This document shows, in pieces, positions 28,488 through 39,161 of a DNA stretch of 64,000 bases. How positions within the stretch are numbered: position 1 is the first letter of the stretch; each line of letters begins with the position of its first letter. The position numbers were made by a program, and so were the translations under genes. The notes below the pieces were generated by a model. It had not been told where the DNA came from. It worked only from the letters and a program-made list of their open reading frames with translations, and did not search any database. The DNA comes from a bacterium (GTDB taxonomy: Bacteria; NPL-UPA2; JAUVJM01). The stretch is taken from assembly GCA_030606215.1 (NCBI GenBank), contig JAUWGW010000006.1:2207-66206 (forward strand). Direction: 5' to 3'.

Positions 28488-29396
28488 TTATCCCCCTAAT
28501 AATAGTAAAAGAATTGCTTTCTGGACATGTAGTCTATTTTCTGCCTGGTCAAGCACAACTGACGCCGGACCATCTATCACACCCTCTGTTATTTCTTCTC
28601 CCCTGTGTGCAGGTAAGCAGTGCATCACAAGTGTATCTTTCCCTGTTTTTTTGATAAGTTTCTCAGTAACACGGAAATTACCGAAAATTTCCTTTCTTTT
28701 CTCTTTCTCTTCCTCCTTACCCATACTTGCCCACACGTCTGTATATACGATATCGGCATCCACAACTGCTTCAAAAGCATCTCCAAGGACTTCAATTTTA
28801 GAACCGGTTTTCTTCGCCGTCTCTATCGCAGACTGGACAATTTCAGGTAGTGGTTCATATCCCGGAGGTGTCGCAATTGCCAGATCAAATCCAACTTTCG
28901 CTGCTCCATACAGCCAGGAATGAGCAACATTATTTCCATCTCCGATAAAAGCCACTTTTATTTTTCTCATCCCCGCCTTCTCCCGTATGGTGTAAATGTC
29001 ACTTAATACCTGACATGGATGCAACTTATCTGAAAGTCCGTTAATCACAGGGACATCTGCCGCCTCAGCCATTTCTACAATTCTCTCATGAGCAAATGTC
29101 CTCATAACAATTCCATCAACATAGCGAGAGAGAACCTTCCCAACATCCTTGACTTGCTCTCTCACACCGAGCTGTATATCATCCTGCCCTAAATAAATAC
29201 TGGAGCCTCCAAGTTGAAACATTGCCACTTCAAAAGAGACCCGGGTCCTGGTGGATGGTTTCTCAAAAATAAGTGCCAGGGTCTTCCCCGAAAGTGGTTC
29301 TTTTTTAGGGAAGCCTCCTTCTTTTAGAAGAGAAGTTTTTGAGAAAATCTCTTCTATGAAATCCCTTTCAAGTTCATGAATGGAGATTAAATTCAT
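28488..29396 (-). CDS. argF: Ornithine carbamoyltransferase
   Basis: STRTRVSFE and HCLPAHRGEE motifs are present. Confidence 0.9.
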   Translation of the reverse strand: MNLISIHELERDFIEEIFSKTSLLKEGGFPKKEPLSGKTLALIFEKPSTRTRVSFEVAMFQLGGSSIYLGQDDIQLGVREQVKDVGKVLSRYVDGIVMRTFAHERIVEMAEAADVPVINGLSDKLHPCQVLSDIYTIREKAGMRKIKVAFIGDGNNVAHSWLYGAAKVGFDLAIATPPGYEPLPEIVQSAIETAKKTGSKIEVLGDAFEAVVDADIVYTDVWASMGKEEEKEKRKEIFGNFRVTEKLIKKTGKDTLVMHCLPAHRGEEITEGVIDGPASVVLDQAENRLHVQKAILLLLLGG

Positions 29397-30567
29397 TTAG
29401 AACCTCACCCAGCACTTTTATACCTGCGTCAATTTCTTCCTCAGTAACGATTAGAGGAGGAAGAAAACGGATAACGGTTTCAACTGTACAGTTCAGTAAA
29501 ACTCCCCGCAAGGCACATTCTTTAACAATTTCTTTGCATGGTGTATTCAATTCAATCCCGACCATCAGACCTTTCCCGCGAACATCAGAAATTAGATTGT
29601 GTTTTTCTTTGAGCCGGCAGAGTTTTTCAAAAAGGTATTTCCCGGTAGTTTTTGCTCTTTCAGCAAGATTTTCCTTAAGTATCACTTCAAGAGTTGCGGC
29701 ACCGGCAGAACATGCAACTGGATTACCACCGAATGTTGAGGCATGGCTCCCAGGAGTGAAAACTTCAGAAACTCTCTCAGTTGCAAGTGCCGCTCCGAGA
29801 GGGAGACCTCCACCAAGAGGCTTGGCTAGGGTCATTATATCAGGTTCTATCCCGTAATGCTCATACGCAAAAAGTTTGCCTGTTCTTCCAAGACCGCATT
29901 GAATTTCATCAAGAATCAAGAGTAAATTCCTCTCGTCACATAATCTGCGAAGGCCAACAATGAATTCTGCCTCAGCTGCTCTGACCCCGCCTTCCCCCTG
30001 CACAGGCTCAATCATAACTGCTATGGTTTTGTCCCCTATTACCTTCTCTACAGCAGAAAGGTCATTGAATGGGACATGTTTAAATCCTGGTATAAGTGGT
30101 GCAAATCCTTTTTTGATTTTCTCCTGTCCTGTTGCGGTCAGAGTAACAATGGTTCTCCCGTGAAATGAACCTTCCATTGTGATTATCTCATATTTCCCAT
30201 TACCAAACTTCCTGCTAAGTTTTATAGCTGCTTCATTTGCTTCAGCTCCGCTGTTACAGAAGAAAACCTTATCAGCAAAAGAATTCTCAATCAATTTTTT
30301 ACCGAGTTCTGCCTGAGGTCTGGTATAGTAAAGGTTTGAAGCGTGAATAAGTATCTCTGCCTGTTTCCTGATGGCATCCACAATTTCGGGATGGCAATGT
30401 CCCAGTGTGCTCACAGCTATACCTGCTATTAAATCCAGATATTCTTTCCCGTGCGAATCCCATACCTTTGTTCCTTTCCCCCTGACGATACTTATTACGC
30501 GCTCGCCATATGTATTCATCAAAAAATCATTAGAAAGCTTTTCAAAATCTACTCCGTCGGGGGTCAC
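29374..30567 (-). CDS. argD: Acetylornithine aminotransferase (class III)
   Basis: LLILDEIQCGLGRTGKLFA and TLAKPLGGGLPLGA (PLP Lys) are present. It sits in the arg context. Confidence 0.85.
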   Translation of the reverse strand: MTPDGVDFEKLSNDFLMNTYGERVISIVRGKGTKVWDSHGKEYLDLIAGIAVSTLGHCHPEIVDAIRKQAEILIHASNLYYTRPQAELGKKLIENSFADKVFFCNSGAEANEAAIKLSRKFGNGKYEIITMEGSFHGRTIVTLTATGQEKIKKGFAPLIPGFKHVPFNDLSAVEKVIGDKTIAVMIEPVQGEGGVRAAEAEFIVGLRRLCDERNLLLILDEIQCGLGRTGKLFAYEHYGIEPDIMTLAKPLGGGLPLGAALATERVSEVFTPGSHASTFGGNPVACSAGAATLEVILKENLAERAKTTGKYLFEKLCRLKEKHNLISDVRGKGLMVGIELNTPCKEIVKECALRGVLLNCTVETVIRFLPPLIVTEEEIDAGIKVLGEVLNEFNLHS

Positions 30568-31379
30568 TTTACGATCTCCGTCCCTACACCTTTATCTGTA
30601 AATATCTCGAGGAGAAGGGAATGGTCGATTCTTCCATCGATGATATGCGCTTTCCTGACACCTGCTTTCAAAGCTTTCACACAGGCAAGCACTTTCGGAA
30701 TCATACCACTGCTTATCACCCTTCCCCTTATCAGGACTTCACAATCATCAATTTTTAATGTTGAAATGATAGATTGCTCATTCATTATACCAGGAACATC
30801 CGTCATAAGAATAAGTTTTTCAGCCCCTAATTTGGCGGCAATTCCTGATGCGGCCTCATCTGCATTTATATTGAATGTTTCATCATTTTCTCCCTTACCG
30901 AGAGGAGCAATTACTGGTATAACTTTCTCCTGTATTATGCTCAAAAGTTTACTGTCTATCCCACCCACCTCACCTACAAATCCGAAATCTTGACTTAGTT
31001 TCTTCGCTTTGATAAATTCCTTTCCATTCAACCCAACTGCTTTCCCGCCCGCTTCTTCAATCAACCCTATAATTTCCCTGTTTATATTCATCAAAGTATT
31101 CTCTACAATAGCGAGTGTTTCTCTGTCAGTCACTCTTAACCCATTTATAAACTTTGACTTCTTCCCCCTCGCTTTCATTTCTTCATTTATGGCTGTGCCT
31201 CCGCCGTGGATAAGAATTGGTCTTAGCCCGACAAATTTCATAAATACGACATCCTTAACAAAATCTTTTCTGAGCTTCTCTCCTCCTCCATACTTAATAA
31301 CCACAAATTTGTCATGGAAACGCCTGATATATGGCAGTGCTTCCATTAATACATTTACTTTTTCTATCGCTCTTTTCAT
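30564..31379 (-). CDS. argB: Acetylglutamate kinase
   Basis: FVVIKYGGG..., LRPILIHGGG and TDVPGIM motifs are present. Confidence 0.9.
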   Translation of the reverse strand: MKRAIEKVNVLMEALPYIRRFHDKFVVIKYGGGEKLRKDFVKDVVFMKFVGLRPILIHGGGTAINEEMKARGKKSKFINGLRVTDRETLAIVENTLMNINREIIGLIEEAGGKAVGLNGKEFIKAKKLSQDFGFVGEVGGIDSKLLSIIQEKVIPVIAPLGKGENDETFNINADEAASGIAAKLGAEKLILMTDVPGIMNEQSIISTLKIDDCEVLIRGRVISSGMIPKVLACVKALKAGVRKAHIIDGRIDHSLLLEIFTDKGVGTEIVK

Positions 31380-31406
31380 TTTATGAACCAGGCTCTTGTA
31401 GTTTTG

Positions 31407-32594
31407 CTATGTATTAGTTCGCACGTACTCTTCAGTCAAATCACTCGTCCACACAGTATAGTCTTTCTTGCCAAGATTCAGGTAAATAGATACCTTTATC
31501 TCTCCGTCTGCTAAAACTTCTTTCACTTTTCTTTCATCGTAATCTGTCGCACATCCATTCTTCATAACCCGCACATCTCCCATAAAAATTGACAATTTCC
31601 GTTCCATTACATTGACTCCTGCGCTGCCAGCAGCAGATGCTATTCTTCCCCAGTTAGGGTTCTCCCCTCCCAATGCAATCTTGACCAGACTTGAATTAGC
31701 GATATTGAAACCTATTTTCTTTGCATCCTCCTGGCTTTGGGCACCAGCTACTTTTATCTCAATGAACTTTTTTGCTCCCTCGCCATCCTTTACAATCATT
31801 TTCGCCATTTTATGCGTTACATAGTTAAGAGCTTTCTGAAACTCATTAAAGGATTCACTGCCGCTGTGGATTTTTCTGTTACCTGCAATTCCATTTGCAA
31901 GGATGAAGACACTATCATTTGTGCTCCTATCTCCGTCTACTGTAATTCTGTGAAATGATTTATCAACGGAATCTCTAAAAGCTTTCTCAAGTGCGGATTT
32001 GCTTATTGACGCATCGGTTGTTATGAAACATAGCATTGTAGCCATTGATGGGCATATCATACCCGCTCCTTTACCCATAGCGCCAATTGACACACTTTTC
32101 CCGCTAACTTCAAAGCTCACGGCTGCTTCCTTGTGGAAAGTATCAGTGGTCATTATTGCCTGAGCCGCTGAAGTATTTCCCTTGCAGTTAAGGCTTTTCA
32201 CAAGATACCTGATTCTTGACCTTATTTTAGCCACTGGCAGGAACTGGCCAATGATTCCTGTTGAGGCGATAAGAATATCTTCCTTGCTTACCCCAAGTTC
32301 TCTTGCGACAAGAGCTGTTATGAGTTTTGCATCTTTATATCCCCTCGCTCCTGTACAGGCATTTGCATTACCGCTATTTACAATAATTGCCCTTGCTTTT
32401 GCATCTTGCAGATGTTCCCGGCTGAGTTTCACAGATGCTGACTGAATTTTGTTTGTTGTAAATACGGCTGAAGCCAGTGTTTCCCCTTCTGAATAAATTA
32501 GAGCAAGATCTTTCCCCCTCCTTTTTATTCCACAGTGGATACCACATGCAGAAACCCCGGCTGGTGCTGTAATTCCTCCAGAAATTTCTTTCAT
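31407..32594 (-). CDS. argJ: Bifunctional glutamate N-acetyltransferase / amino-acid acetyltransferase
   Basis: The PSMATMLCFITTDA self-cleavage site (ATML) is present. 395 aa. Confidence 0.9.
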   Translation of the reverse strand: MKEISGGITAPAGVSACGIHCGIKRRGKDLALIYSEGETLASAVFTTNKIQSASVKLSREHLQDAKARAIIVNSGNANACTGARGYKDAKLITALVARELGVSKEDILIASTGIIGQFLPVAKIRSRIRYLVKSLNCKGNTSAAQAIMTTDTFHKEAAVSFEVSGKSVSIGAMGKGAGMICPSMATMLCFITTDASISKSALEKAFRDSVDKSFHRITVDGDRSTNDSVFILANGIAGNRKIHSGSESFNEFQKALNYVTHKMAKMIVKDGEGAKKFIEIKVAGAQSQEDAKKIGFNIANSSLVKIALGGENPNWGRIASAAGSAGVNVMERKLSIFMGDVRVMKNGCATDYDERKVKEVLADGEIKVSIYLNLGKKDYTVWTSDLTEEYVRTNT

Positions 32595-32725
32595 ATGCTT
32601 AAGAATTATACCTCTTAAGAAGCTAAAAAGTCAAAAACAAAAAGTGAGCAGGATGCAATCCCGCTCACCCAATGGATAACTACTCTTCTACTTGTAAATA
32701 TTCGGTGGCCTGTGTTTGAGTCCCT

Positions 32726-32751
32726 GTCATTCCTGCGGAAGCAGGAATCCA
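32726..32751. repeat. REP-like 26-bp palindromic element, copy 1 (gtcattcctgcggaagcaggaatcca)
   Basis: 9-bp stem attcctgcg/cgcaggaat with loop gaag. The same 24-mer recurs inverted at 45691-45714, and a compensatory variant is at 45647-45672. It is intergenic between argJ and rpsI. Confidence 0.6.
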
Positions 32752-32781
32752 GAGTAGATGACCGACATAGATTCTCGCTTG

Positions 32782-33168
32782 TTATCTCTTTGAAAACTGG
32801 AAGCGCGCTCTTGCTCCACGCTGGCCGTACTTCTTTCGCTCTTTCATACGCGAGTCACGGGTCAAAAAACCACCTTTCCTGAGCGTTAATCCGAGAGCAT
32901 CATCTGATTGGAGAAGTGCTCGAGCTGTTCCCAGTCTTATTGCTCCAGCCTGCCCTGAGATTCCACCTCCTCTAACTTTTGCCATGACATTGAACTTACT
33001 GACTGTTCCTGTTGCCTCAAGAGGTTCTCTTGTAACCTTCTCGAGGATTTTGCTGCTGAAATATTTTTCAGGGGGAAATCCGTTTACAGATATTCCTCCA
33101 TTACCGGGCAATAACCACACCCGGGCAACAGATTCTTTTCTTCGCCCAGTTCCGTAGTAACTAACCAT
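32782..33168 (-). CDS. rpsI: 30S ribosomal protein S9
   Basis: The C-terminus ...[22 protein letters not shown] and the overall sequence match S9. Confidence 0.95.
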   Translation of the reverse strand: MVSYYGTGRRKESVARVWLLPGNGGISVNGFPPEKYFSSKILEKVTREPLEATGTVSKFNVMAKVRGGGISGQAGAIRLGTARALLQSDDALGLTLRKGGFLTRDSRMKERKKYGQRGARARFQFSKR

Positions 33169-33550
33169 TAACCACCACCGGTTTCTGCGCAGAATGCGGG
33201 TGCTCCTCCCCGCGATACACCCTGAGCCTGCACAACATTCTCCGACTTAGGCGATTCTTTGGCATCATCCCTTTTACAGCTTTCATCAAAACTTTTTCCG
33301 GTCTCTCAGCAATTAGTTTCTGGAAACTAACAAGTTTCACCCCGCCAGGGAAACCGCTATGGGAGAAATATTCTTTGTTCTCCCTTTTCTTCCCCGTAAG
33401 CACAATTTTCTCGGCGTTTATTACAATAACGTGGTCCCCGGCATCCAGGTTTGGTGCATAACTTGCCCTATGTTTCCCGCGCAGTAAACTTACAATCCCT
33501 GTAGCTAACCGCCCGAGGACTTTCCCCTTAGCGTCAATCAGATACCACAT
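33161..33550 (-). CDS. rplM: 50S ribosomal protein L13
   Basis: [17 protein letters not shown]...[15 protein letters not shown] matches L13. Standard rplM-rpsI order. Confidence 0.95.
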   Translation of the reverse strand: MWYLIDAKGKVLGRLATGIVSLLRGKHRASYAPNLDAGDHVIVINAEKIVLTGKKRENKEYFSHSGFPGGVKLVSFQKLIAERPEKVLMKAVKGMMPKNRLSRRMLCRLRVYRGEEHPHSAQKPVVVNG

Positions 33551-33551
33551 C

Positions 33552-33800
33552 TCATTCTTCTTTCTTCTCTTCTCCAGGCTTTTGTTCTTCCTTCTTCTCC
33601 TCTTTCTTGCTTCTTATCTTGTCTTTGATTGACCCAAGCCCTGCTCCAATTGCGACACAACCACCGAGAATCAGTAATGCCGGGACAGTAGCCACAAGCC
33701 CTTTCAACAAAAAGATTATCCCTCTCTGTCCAAACCACTCAAGAATCAACCCGGCTATCCCGAGCACAATCGCCACTATTCCACCAAGTAGACTAAGCAC
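33552..33800 (-). CDS. Small membrane protein (2 TM) with Lys/Glu-rich C-terminal tail
   Basis: 82 aa. Two hydrophobic helices are followed by KKEEKKEEQKPGEEKKEE. It is tightly packed between rplM and the O-antigen-ligase-like gene. Confidence 0.4.
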   Translation of the reverse strand: MLSLLGGIVAIVLGIAGLILEWFGQRGIIFLLKGLVATVPALLILGGCVAIGAGLGSIKDKIRSKKEEKKEEQKPGEEKKEE

Positions 33801-33803
33801 TGT

Positions 33804-35480
33804 TCATCCACCCCCTTTCAATGTTTTCGGTGAATTATACAATTGCAATTTTTCCCTGTCAACTCTTTTTTCCTCTTGAATAGCTTTAAGAAGAGAAAAA
33901 CTCTCTTCATCATATGGATTCTGATTTAAAGCTTCCCTCAGATGATGGATAGCTTCTCTCTTTCTCCCCATAGAAGCTGAGACAACTGCAATATTGTAGT
34001 GAGCCCTGGCAAAGTTCGGGGATAACTTCAAAATCTCATTGTAAATAAAGAGAGATTCTCCCGGTCTATTTGAAATAGCGTAGAGATATCCGAGTTTATA
34101 GAGAGTACTAAGGTTAGATGGAAAATGTTTCAGGCTTCTTTCCAAAAAATAAATTGCCCCATCTACTTCCCCTTTATTCTGGCAATCCATCCCTTTTTTG
34201 TAATAAATCTGACTTTTTATCTCTCTCAAACCAGATGGGATAGATATGAGAATAGTTATAGAGAGAAAGATTGGAATAAAATAAGAGAGAACCTGACTCA
34301 CTTTTCTATTCCCGGGGAGAGAGCTTGATGCCAGACCAAGACTCAAATAAAAAAAAGGCGGGACGGAATATGTTCTTAAGTTTGTGGAAAAGAGGTTATC
34401 TGCGAGGACAGCTAAAACCCCCGCTCCGAGACCGGTTAAGATATGCCAGTTTTCACCTTCCCGTAACTTCTTATTAAGAAGGAAGAAGAAGAAGACAATA
34501 AAGAGGATGAAAAAAAATAAGGAAGGGATACCGGTCTCAGCCGCCATTTCAAGATATTCATTGTGAGCGTGGTCAGTTATTGCAACTGTCTCTTCTCTTC
34601 CAAAATATTCTCTTGGTCGGAACTTTTGAAAAGAAGTCTCAAATTTACCAGGACCAAATCCTAAGAGAGGTTTTTCTTTAATCATTCTTATTGTACCGGT
34701 ATAATACTGGCAGCGAATATTTTCTTGAAGCTCTGAAATTGAAGATGGTATGAAAAGTGTTGCAATGAGGAAAATAAATGAGAAAATAAAAAAAAGAGCT
34801 TTTCTACCCATCTTTATTTTATCTCTCAGGAAATAGTATAGAACAAATAGAACTGAGGCAGAAAAACCGAAGAAAGCCGCCTGGGACTTACTGATATAGA
34901 GGCTGAAGAGGAAAAGAAACAGCGCGGGGATAAGAAATGGCATGTCTTTTCTCTTTTCAAGGATAAGGGAAATTAAAATGGGTATTGGCAGAATTATGTA
35001 ACCTGCGAAAAAATTTCTATTTCCGAAAGATGCAATTATTCTGCCTTCCCTGAAATACTGTGAAATTACCCAGGTGGAAGCAATGCTGGCGGAAATGAGC
35101 CAGGCGTAAATTACCCATCGTTCCCTCAAAACCTCTTTCAGATTAAATCCTATGAGAAAAATGGCAAGAAAGGTGATAGAAATATTTAACTGTTTGAAAG
35201 AAACAAGCGGGGAAGATGAAAAAGCTAAGGAGATGAGAAATAAAATATAATAAAGGAAAAGGGGAAAGAAAAGTAAAGAATTAAAAAATAGATTCCTTCT
35301 CTTTATGAGAAAATAAAATAAAAAAAGAAGTACAAAACATTGACATAAAGGAAATTTTATTAATGTGTAATCATAAGCCGCCCGCAGTCTAAAAAGAGTC
35401 CCCACTAAAAAAAATAGGGAGAGGATAAAGAAAGGAGGGAAAATTTTCTTCCCTCCCTTAGAAGAGAAACGAACTGCCAT
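33804..35480 (-). CDS. O-antigen ligase (Wzy_C)-like polytopic membrane protein fused to C-terminal TPR repeats
   Basis: 558 aa. Multiple TM helices, then the ...ITDHAHNEYLEMAAETGIP (Wzy_C) motif, then TPR-like repeats (AIYFLERSLKHFPSN...YNEILKLSPNFARAHYNIAVV...). Confidence 0.65.
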   Translation of the reverse strand: MAVRFSSKGGKKIFPPFFILSLFFLVGTLFRLRAAYDYTLIKFPLCQCFVLLFLFYFLIKRRNLFFNSLLFFPLFLYYILFLISLAFSSSPLVSFKQLNISITFLAIFLIGFNLKEVLRERWVIYAWLISASIASTWVISQYFREGRIIASFGNRNFFAGYIILPIPILISLILEKRKDMPFLIPALFLFLFSLYISKSQAAFFGFSASVLFVLYYFLRDKIKMGRKALFFIFSFIFLIATLFIPSSISELQENIRCQYYTGTIRMIKEKPLLGFGPGKFETSFQKFRPREYFGREETVAITDHAHNEYLEMAAETGIPSLFFFILFIVFFFFLLNKKLREGENWHILTGLGAGVLAVLADNLFSTNLRTYSVPPFFYLSLGLASSSLPGNRKVSQVLSYFIPIFLSITILISIPSGLREIKSQIYYKKGMDCQNKGEVDGAIYFLERSLKHFPSNLSTLYKLGYLYAISNRPGESLFIYNEILKLSPNFARAHYNIAVVSASMGRKREAIHHLREALNQNPYDEESFSLLKAIQEEKRVDREKLQLYNSPKTLKGGG

Positions 35481-35489
35481 GTTAAGCCA

Positions 35490-36092
35490 CTACGGATTTA
35501 CAAGAGCACCCTTTGTTGTCGTGCTACCATAACCATCATTAGGAATCTCGGAACTTATATCTGCCTTCTTCACCCAATCTGAATGCCCATCCATGTAGAG
35601 TGCATTTATTCCGTCGGTGGAATGGTTGGTACCAGTAGTTAACTCATCTGCCCAAACCGATGCCGCGCTGCCAGACTGGTCAACTGCCATGGCAGTATCA
35701 TTCTCTGTGCTGGCATCGATGGCACTCAGGTTGTAAGCCAGTGCATAGGAAATGTTCCCTGCTGCAAGACTTAAATTATCCGTATCCTTGGTGTCAGTAC
35801 TGCTCGGGCAAAAGAGAACACCACCTGAACAATATGTTCCATCAGTTACCAGGACCTGGAAGTCATTCACTGTGTTTTGGGTAGAACCAGCAGGGTACTC
35901 CTCATCATAGTCCATCGAATACATTGCCAATCCCAAGGCAATCTGCTTCTGGTTGCTCATACAGACGGCTCTTCTTGCCTGCTCTCTTGCTCTGCTCAAT
36001 GCCGGCAGGAGCATTGCCGCCAAAATCGCAATAATTGCGATAACAACTAACAACTCTATCAACGTAAAACCTCTTTTCATTTTTGTTGTCAC
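35490..36092 (-). CDS. Prepilin-type N-terminal cleavage/methylation domain protein with H-X9/10-DG C-terminal domain
   Basis: [48 protein letters not shown] at the N-terminus; C-terminal [14 protein letters not shown]. Second member of this family in the window. Confidence 0.7.
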   Translation of the reverse strand: MTTKMKRGFTLIELLVVIAIIAILAAMLLPALSRAREQARRAVCMSNQKQIALGLAMYSMDYDEEYPAGSTQNTVNDFQVLVTDGTYCSGGVLFCPSSTDTKDTDNLSLAAGNISYALAYNLSAIDASTENDTAMAVDQSGSAASVWADELTTGTNHSTDGINALYMDGHSDWVKKADISSEIPNDGYGSTTTKGALVNP

Positions 36093-36140
36093 CCCCTTTC
36101 AACTTTGGTCTATTCAATTTATAACATACCTCACTTTATC

Positions 36141-36169
36141 TTGTCAAGCCCAAAATTAAATGATATAAT
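36141..36169 (+). promoter_or_regulatory. Near-consensus sigma70 promoter with extended -10 (TTGTCA-17nt-TGaTATAAT) for the leuC-leuD-icd operon
   Basis: Read directly: ttgtca agcccaaaattaaatga tataat. It lies about 40 nt upstream of the GTG start at 36208. Confidence 0.45.
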
Positions 36170-36207
36170 TGCATAGATTTTTGATGAGGCAATTTTGGGG
36201 GAGAACA

Positions 36208-37467
36208 GTGGGCAGGACTGTTGTTGAGAAGATACTGAGTGAGCACAGCGGGAGAGAGGTTTGCGCTGGAGAATTTACTGTAGCAGCTGTTGATTTAATC
36301 CTTGCCCAGGATGGAACAGCGCCGCTTGCAATTGACGTTTTCAATCAGCTTGGGGTGGGGAAACTGGCAATTCCCGGGAAGTCAGCATTTTTCATAGACC
36401 ATGCTTCCCCTCCACCGCGTAGAGAACTTGCAAATGACCATGCGAAAATACGAAAGTTTGTCTCTGAGCATAGTGCAGTTATTTTTGATATAGGGGACGG
36501 AGTTTGTCATCAGGTGATGACGGAAAAGTGTACCTCACCAGGCGATATTCTTATTGGTGCTGATTCACATACAGTAACAGGTGGAGCTGTTGGGGCATTT
36601 GCTGTTGGAATGGGTTCAACTGATGTTGCTGTAGGGCTCGCATATGGCAAGAACTGGTTTCGTGTGCCCGAAACTTTTAAGATTCTTCTAAAGGGAATGT
36701 TCAGCAAAGCTGTTTTCCCGAAAGATTTAATTCTTCACCTGATTGGTCTCATCAAAGCGGATGGTGCAAACTATAAATGTCTTGAGTTTACAGGAGAATC
36801 TCTCAGGCATATGAGTATTCCGGATAGGATGACAGTTGCAAATATGTCGGTGGAAGCAGGTGCAAAATGTGGAATATTTCCGTCAGATGAGAGGACAAAA
36901 ATGTTCCTGACTGAACTCGGCAGGGAAGATAAATTCAGAAGAATTGAAGCTGATAAGGATGCTGAGTATGAAGAAACAATTGAAATTGACCTTTCAACTT
37001 TAAGACCTATGGTCTCGCTCCCTCACAGAGTGGATAGAGTTCTGCCTGTAGACGCTCCTGAATTAAAGGAAATAGAAATCAACCAGATTTTTATTGGTAG
37101 TTGCACAAACGGGAGAATTGAAGATTTGAGAATCGCATCCTCCATCATAAAAGGGAAGAGGAAACATGAGAATGTTCGTCTCATTGTAATTCCGGCCTCC
37201 CGCCTCACTTTCAAGCAGGCGATGGATGAAGGGATTCTTGAAATATTCAATGAATTTGGGGCATCTATAAATAATCCTGGTTGTGGTCCGTGCTGTGGAG
37301 TTCATCAGGGCATTCCTTCTGATGGAGAAAATGTCCTTTCTACCTCAAACAGGAATTTCAAGGGCAGAATGGGTAATCCTGAGGCTTTTGTCTATCTGTC
37401 CTCACCGGCTACAGCCGCCGCTTCGGCAATAACAGGTAGAATTACTGACCCAAGGGAGGGGATGTGA
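36208..37467 (+). CDS. leuC: 3-isopropylmalate dehydratase large subunit family protein (LeuC/homoaconitase-type aconitase-family hydro-lyase)
   Basis: About 420 aa from GTG 36208 (GGGGGAG RBS). GADSHTVTGGAVGAFAVGMGSTDVAV, GSCTNGRIEDLR and the CGPCCGVHQG Fe-S ligand motif are present. Confidence 0.85.
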   Translation: MGRTVVEKILSEHSGREVCAGEFTVAAVDLILAQDGTAPLAIDVFNQLGVGKLAIPGKSAFFIDHASPPPRRELANDHAKIRKFVSEHSAVIFDIGDGVCHQVMTEKCTSPGDILIGADSHTVTGGAVGAFAVGMGSTDVAVGLAYGKNWFRVPETFKILLKGMFSKAVFPKDLILHLIGLIKADGANYKCLEFTGESLRHMSIPDRMTVANMSVEAGAKCGIFPSDERTKMFLTELGREDKFRRIEADKDAEYEETIEIDLSTLRPMVSLPHRVDRVLPVDAPELKEIEINQIFIGSCTNGRIEDLRIASSIIKGKRKHENVRLIVIPASRLTFKQAMDEGILEIFNEFGASINNPGCGPCCGVHQGIPSDGENVLSTSNRNFKGRMGNPEAFVYLSSPATAAASAITGRITDPREGM

Positions 37468-37961
37468 AACCTACAGGGAGAGTATGGAAATTTGGGGATA
37501 GCATCAGCACTGACCTCATCTGCCCTGGAAGGTATTACCACCTTCGTTCAAATTTGAATGAGCTTGCAAAACATGTTCTTGAAGACGCTCGCAGTGAATT
37601 TGCTGGTTGTGTCAAGAAAGGGGATTTTATTGTTGCGGGAGCAAATTTTGGTCTTGGTTCAAGCAGAGAGCATGCCGCAATAATAATTAAGATGGCAGGA
37701 ATCTCAGTGGTTTTGGCAAAATCCTGCGCGCGGATCTTTTATCGCAATGCGTATAATATTGGGCTTCCCGTAATTTTGTGCGATACTGTTAAAATAAATG
37801 ACAGGGATGAACTTCGTATAGAGATGGAGAGCGGAGAGATAAAAAACTGTACCACGGGCGAGACTCTGCATTTCTCTCCAATCCCGCAGATAATGGCAGA
37901 TATTTTAAAAGAAGGCGGGTTGGTTTCATATTTAAAGAAATATGGGGATATCAAGATATGA
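37464..37961 (+). CDS. leuD: 3-isopropylmalate dehydratase small subunit family protein
   Basis: 165 aa. [18 protein letters not shown]...[14 protein letters not shown] is the LeuD swivel-domain signature. ATGA overlap with leuC. Confidence 0.85.
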   Translation: MKPTGRVWKFGDSISTDLICPGRYYHLRSNLNELAKHVLEDARSEFAGCVKKGDFIVAGANFGLGSSREHAAIIIKMAGISVVLAKSCARIFYRNAYNIGLPVILCDTVKINDRDELRIEMESGEIKNCTTGETLHFSPIPQIMADILKEGGLVSYLKKYGDIKI

Positions 37962-39148
37962 AATTTGACCGTGTAAAGCCGCCATCAAATGGTGAGAAAA
38001 TATCCTTCCACGGCGGTAAACTTCAGGTGCCGCAGAACCCTGTAATTCCTTATATTGAAGGAGATGGTGTGGGGCCGGACATTATGAAGGCTGCAAGGCG
38101 GGTTTTTGATTCTGCAGTCGCTAAAGCATATGGCGGCAGGAGAAAAATTATATGGTTTGAAATTTTCGCAGGTGAAAAAGCGAACAACTCCTGTGGAGAA
38201 TATCTCCCAAAGGATACTCTTGAAGCTATAGAGAATTATGTTGTTGCAATAAAAGGCCCTCTGACAACACCTGTTGGAGGCGGATATAGAAGTCTGAATG
38301 TTACAATCAGGCAGGAACTTGACCTCTATGCCTGTGTGCGTCCTGTGAGATATTTTAAGGGTGTTCCTTCACCTCTTAAACATCCGGAGAAATTAAATGT
38401 TGTCATATTTCGTGAGAATACTGAAGATGTCTATGTTGGAAACGAGTGGGAAGCAGGAACAGGGGAAGCAAAGACGATAATAGAGTATCTGAACACTAAA
38501 TTCGGAACGAAGATAAGAGAGGCTTCGGGAATTGGAATTAAGCCGATGAGTGAGTTTGCAACAAAAAGGCTTATGAGGAAAGCTATAAAGTATGCAATTG
38601 AGGAGGGCAGGAATTCTATCACTATAATGCATAAAGGGAATATAATGAAATATACTGAAGGCGCTTTCAGAGAATGGGCGTATGAGGTGGCAAGAGAAGA
38701 GTTCCCTGGCCTTAAAATCATAATTAAAGATAGAATTGCAGATAGTATGTTCCAGCAAATTCTGACAAGACCTGATGAATATGATATTATTGTTGCGCCC
38801 AATCTGAATGGAGATTATATCTCTGATGCGTGTGCGGCACAGGTAGGAGGTCTTGGCATTGCGCCGGGTGCAAATATGGGGGATTTCGTAGCTCTCTTTG
38901 AAGCAACACATGGAACTGCACCAAAATATGCTAACCAGGATAAAGTTAACCCGGGCTCTCTTATTCTGTCAGGGGTGATGATGTTTGATTATATAGGGTT
39001 GAAAGAAGCATCAAAGATAATTATAGATGCTTTTCAAGAAACAATTCTGCAGAAAAAGGTCACCTACGATTTAGCGCGCCAGATGGAGGGGGCTGTAGAG
39101 CTTAAAACTTCTGAGTTCGCCTCCGCAATTATAGAAAATATGAGTTAG
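37958..39148 (+). CDS. icd: NADP-dependent isocitrate dehydrogenase
   Basis: 396 aa. Near-colinear with E. coli Icd: ...[23 protein letters not shown]...[12 protein letters not shown]...[72 protein letters not shown] overlap with leuD. Confidence 0.92.
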   Translation: MKFDRVKPPSNGEKISFHGGKLQVPQNPVIPYIEGDGVGPDIMKAARRVFDSAVAKAYGGRRKIIWFEIFAGEKANNSCGEYLPKDTLEAIENYVVAIKGPLTTPVGGGYRSLNVTIRQELDLYACVRPVRYFKGVPSPLKHPEKLNVVIFRENTEDVYVGNEWEAGTGEAKTIIEYLNTKFGTKIREASGIGIKPMSEFATKRLMRKAIKYAIEEGRNSITIMHKGNIMKYTEGAFREWAYEVAREEFPGLKIIIKDRIADSMFQQILTRPDEYDIIVAPNLNGDYISDACAAQVGGLGIAPGANMGDFVALFEATHGTAPKYANQDKVNPGSLILSGVMMFDYIGLKEASKIIIDAFQETILQKKVTYDLARQMEGAVELKTSEFASAIIENMS

Positions 39149-39161
39149 AGGAGTAACTATC

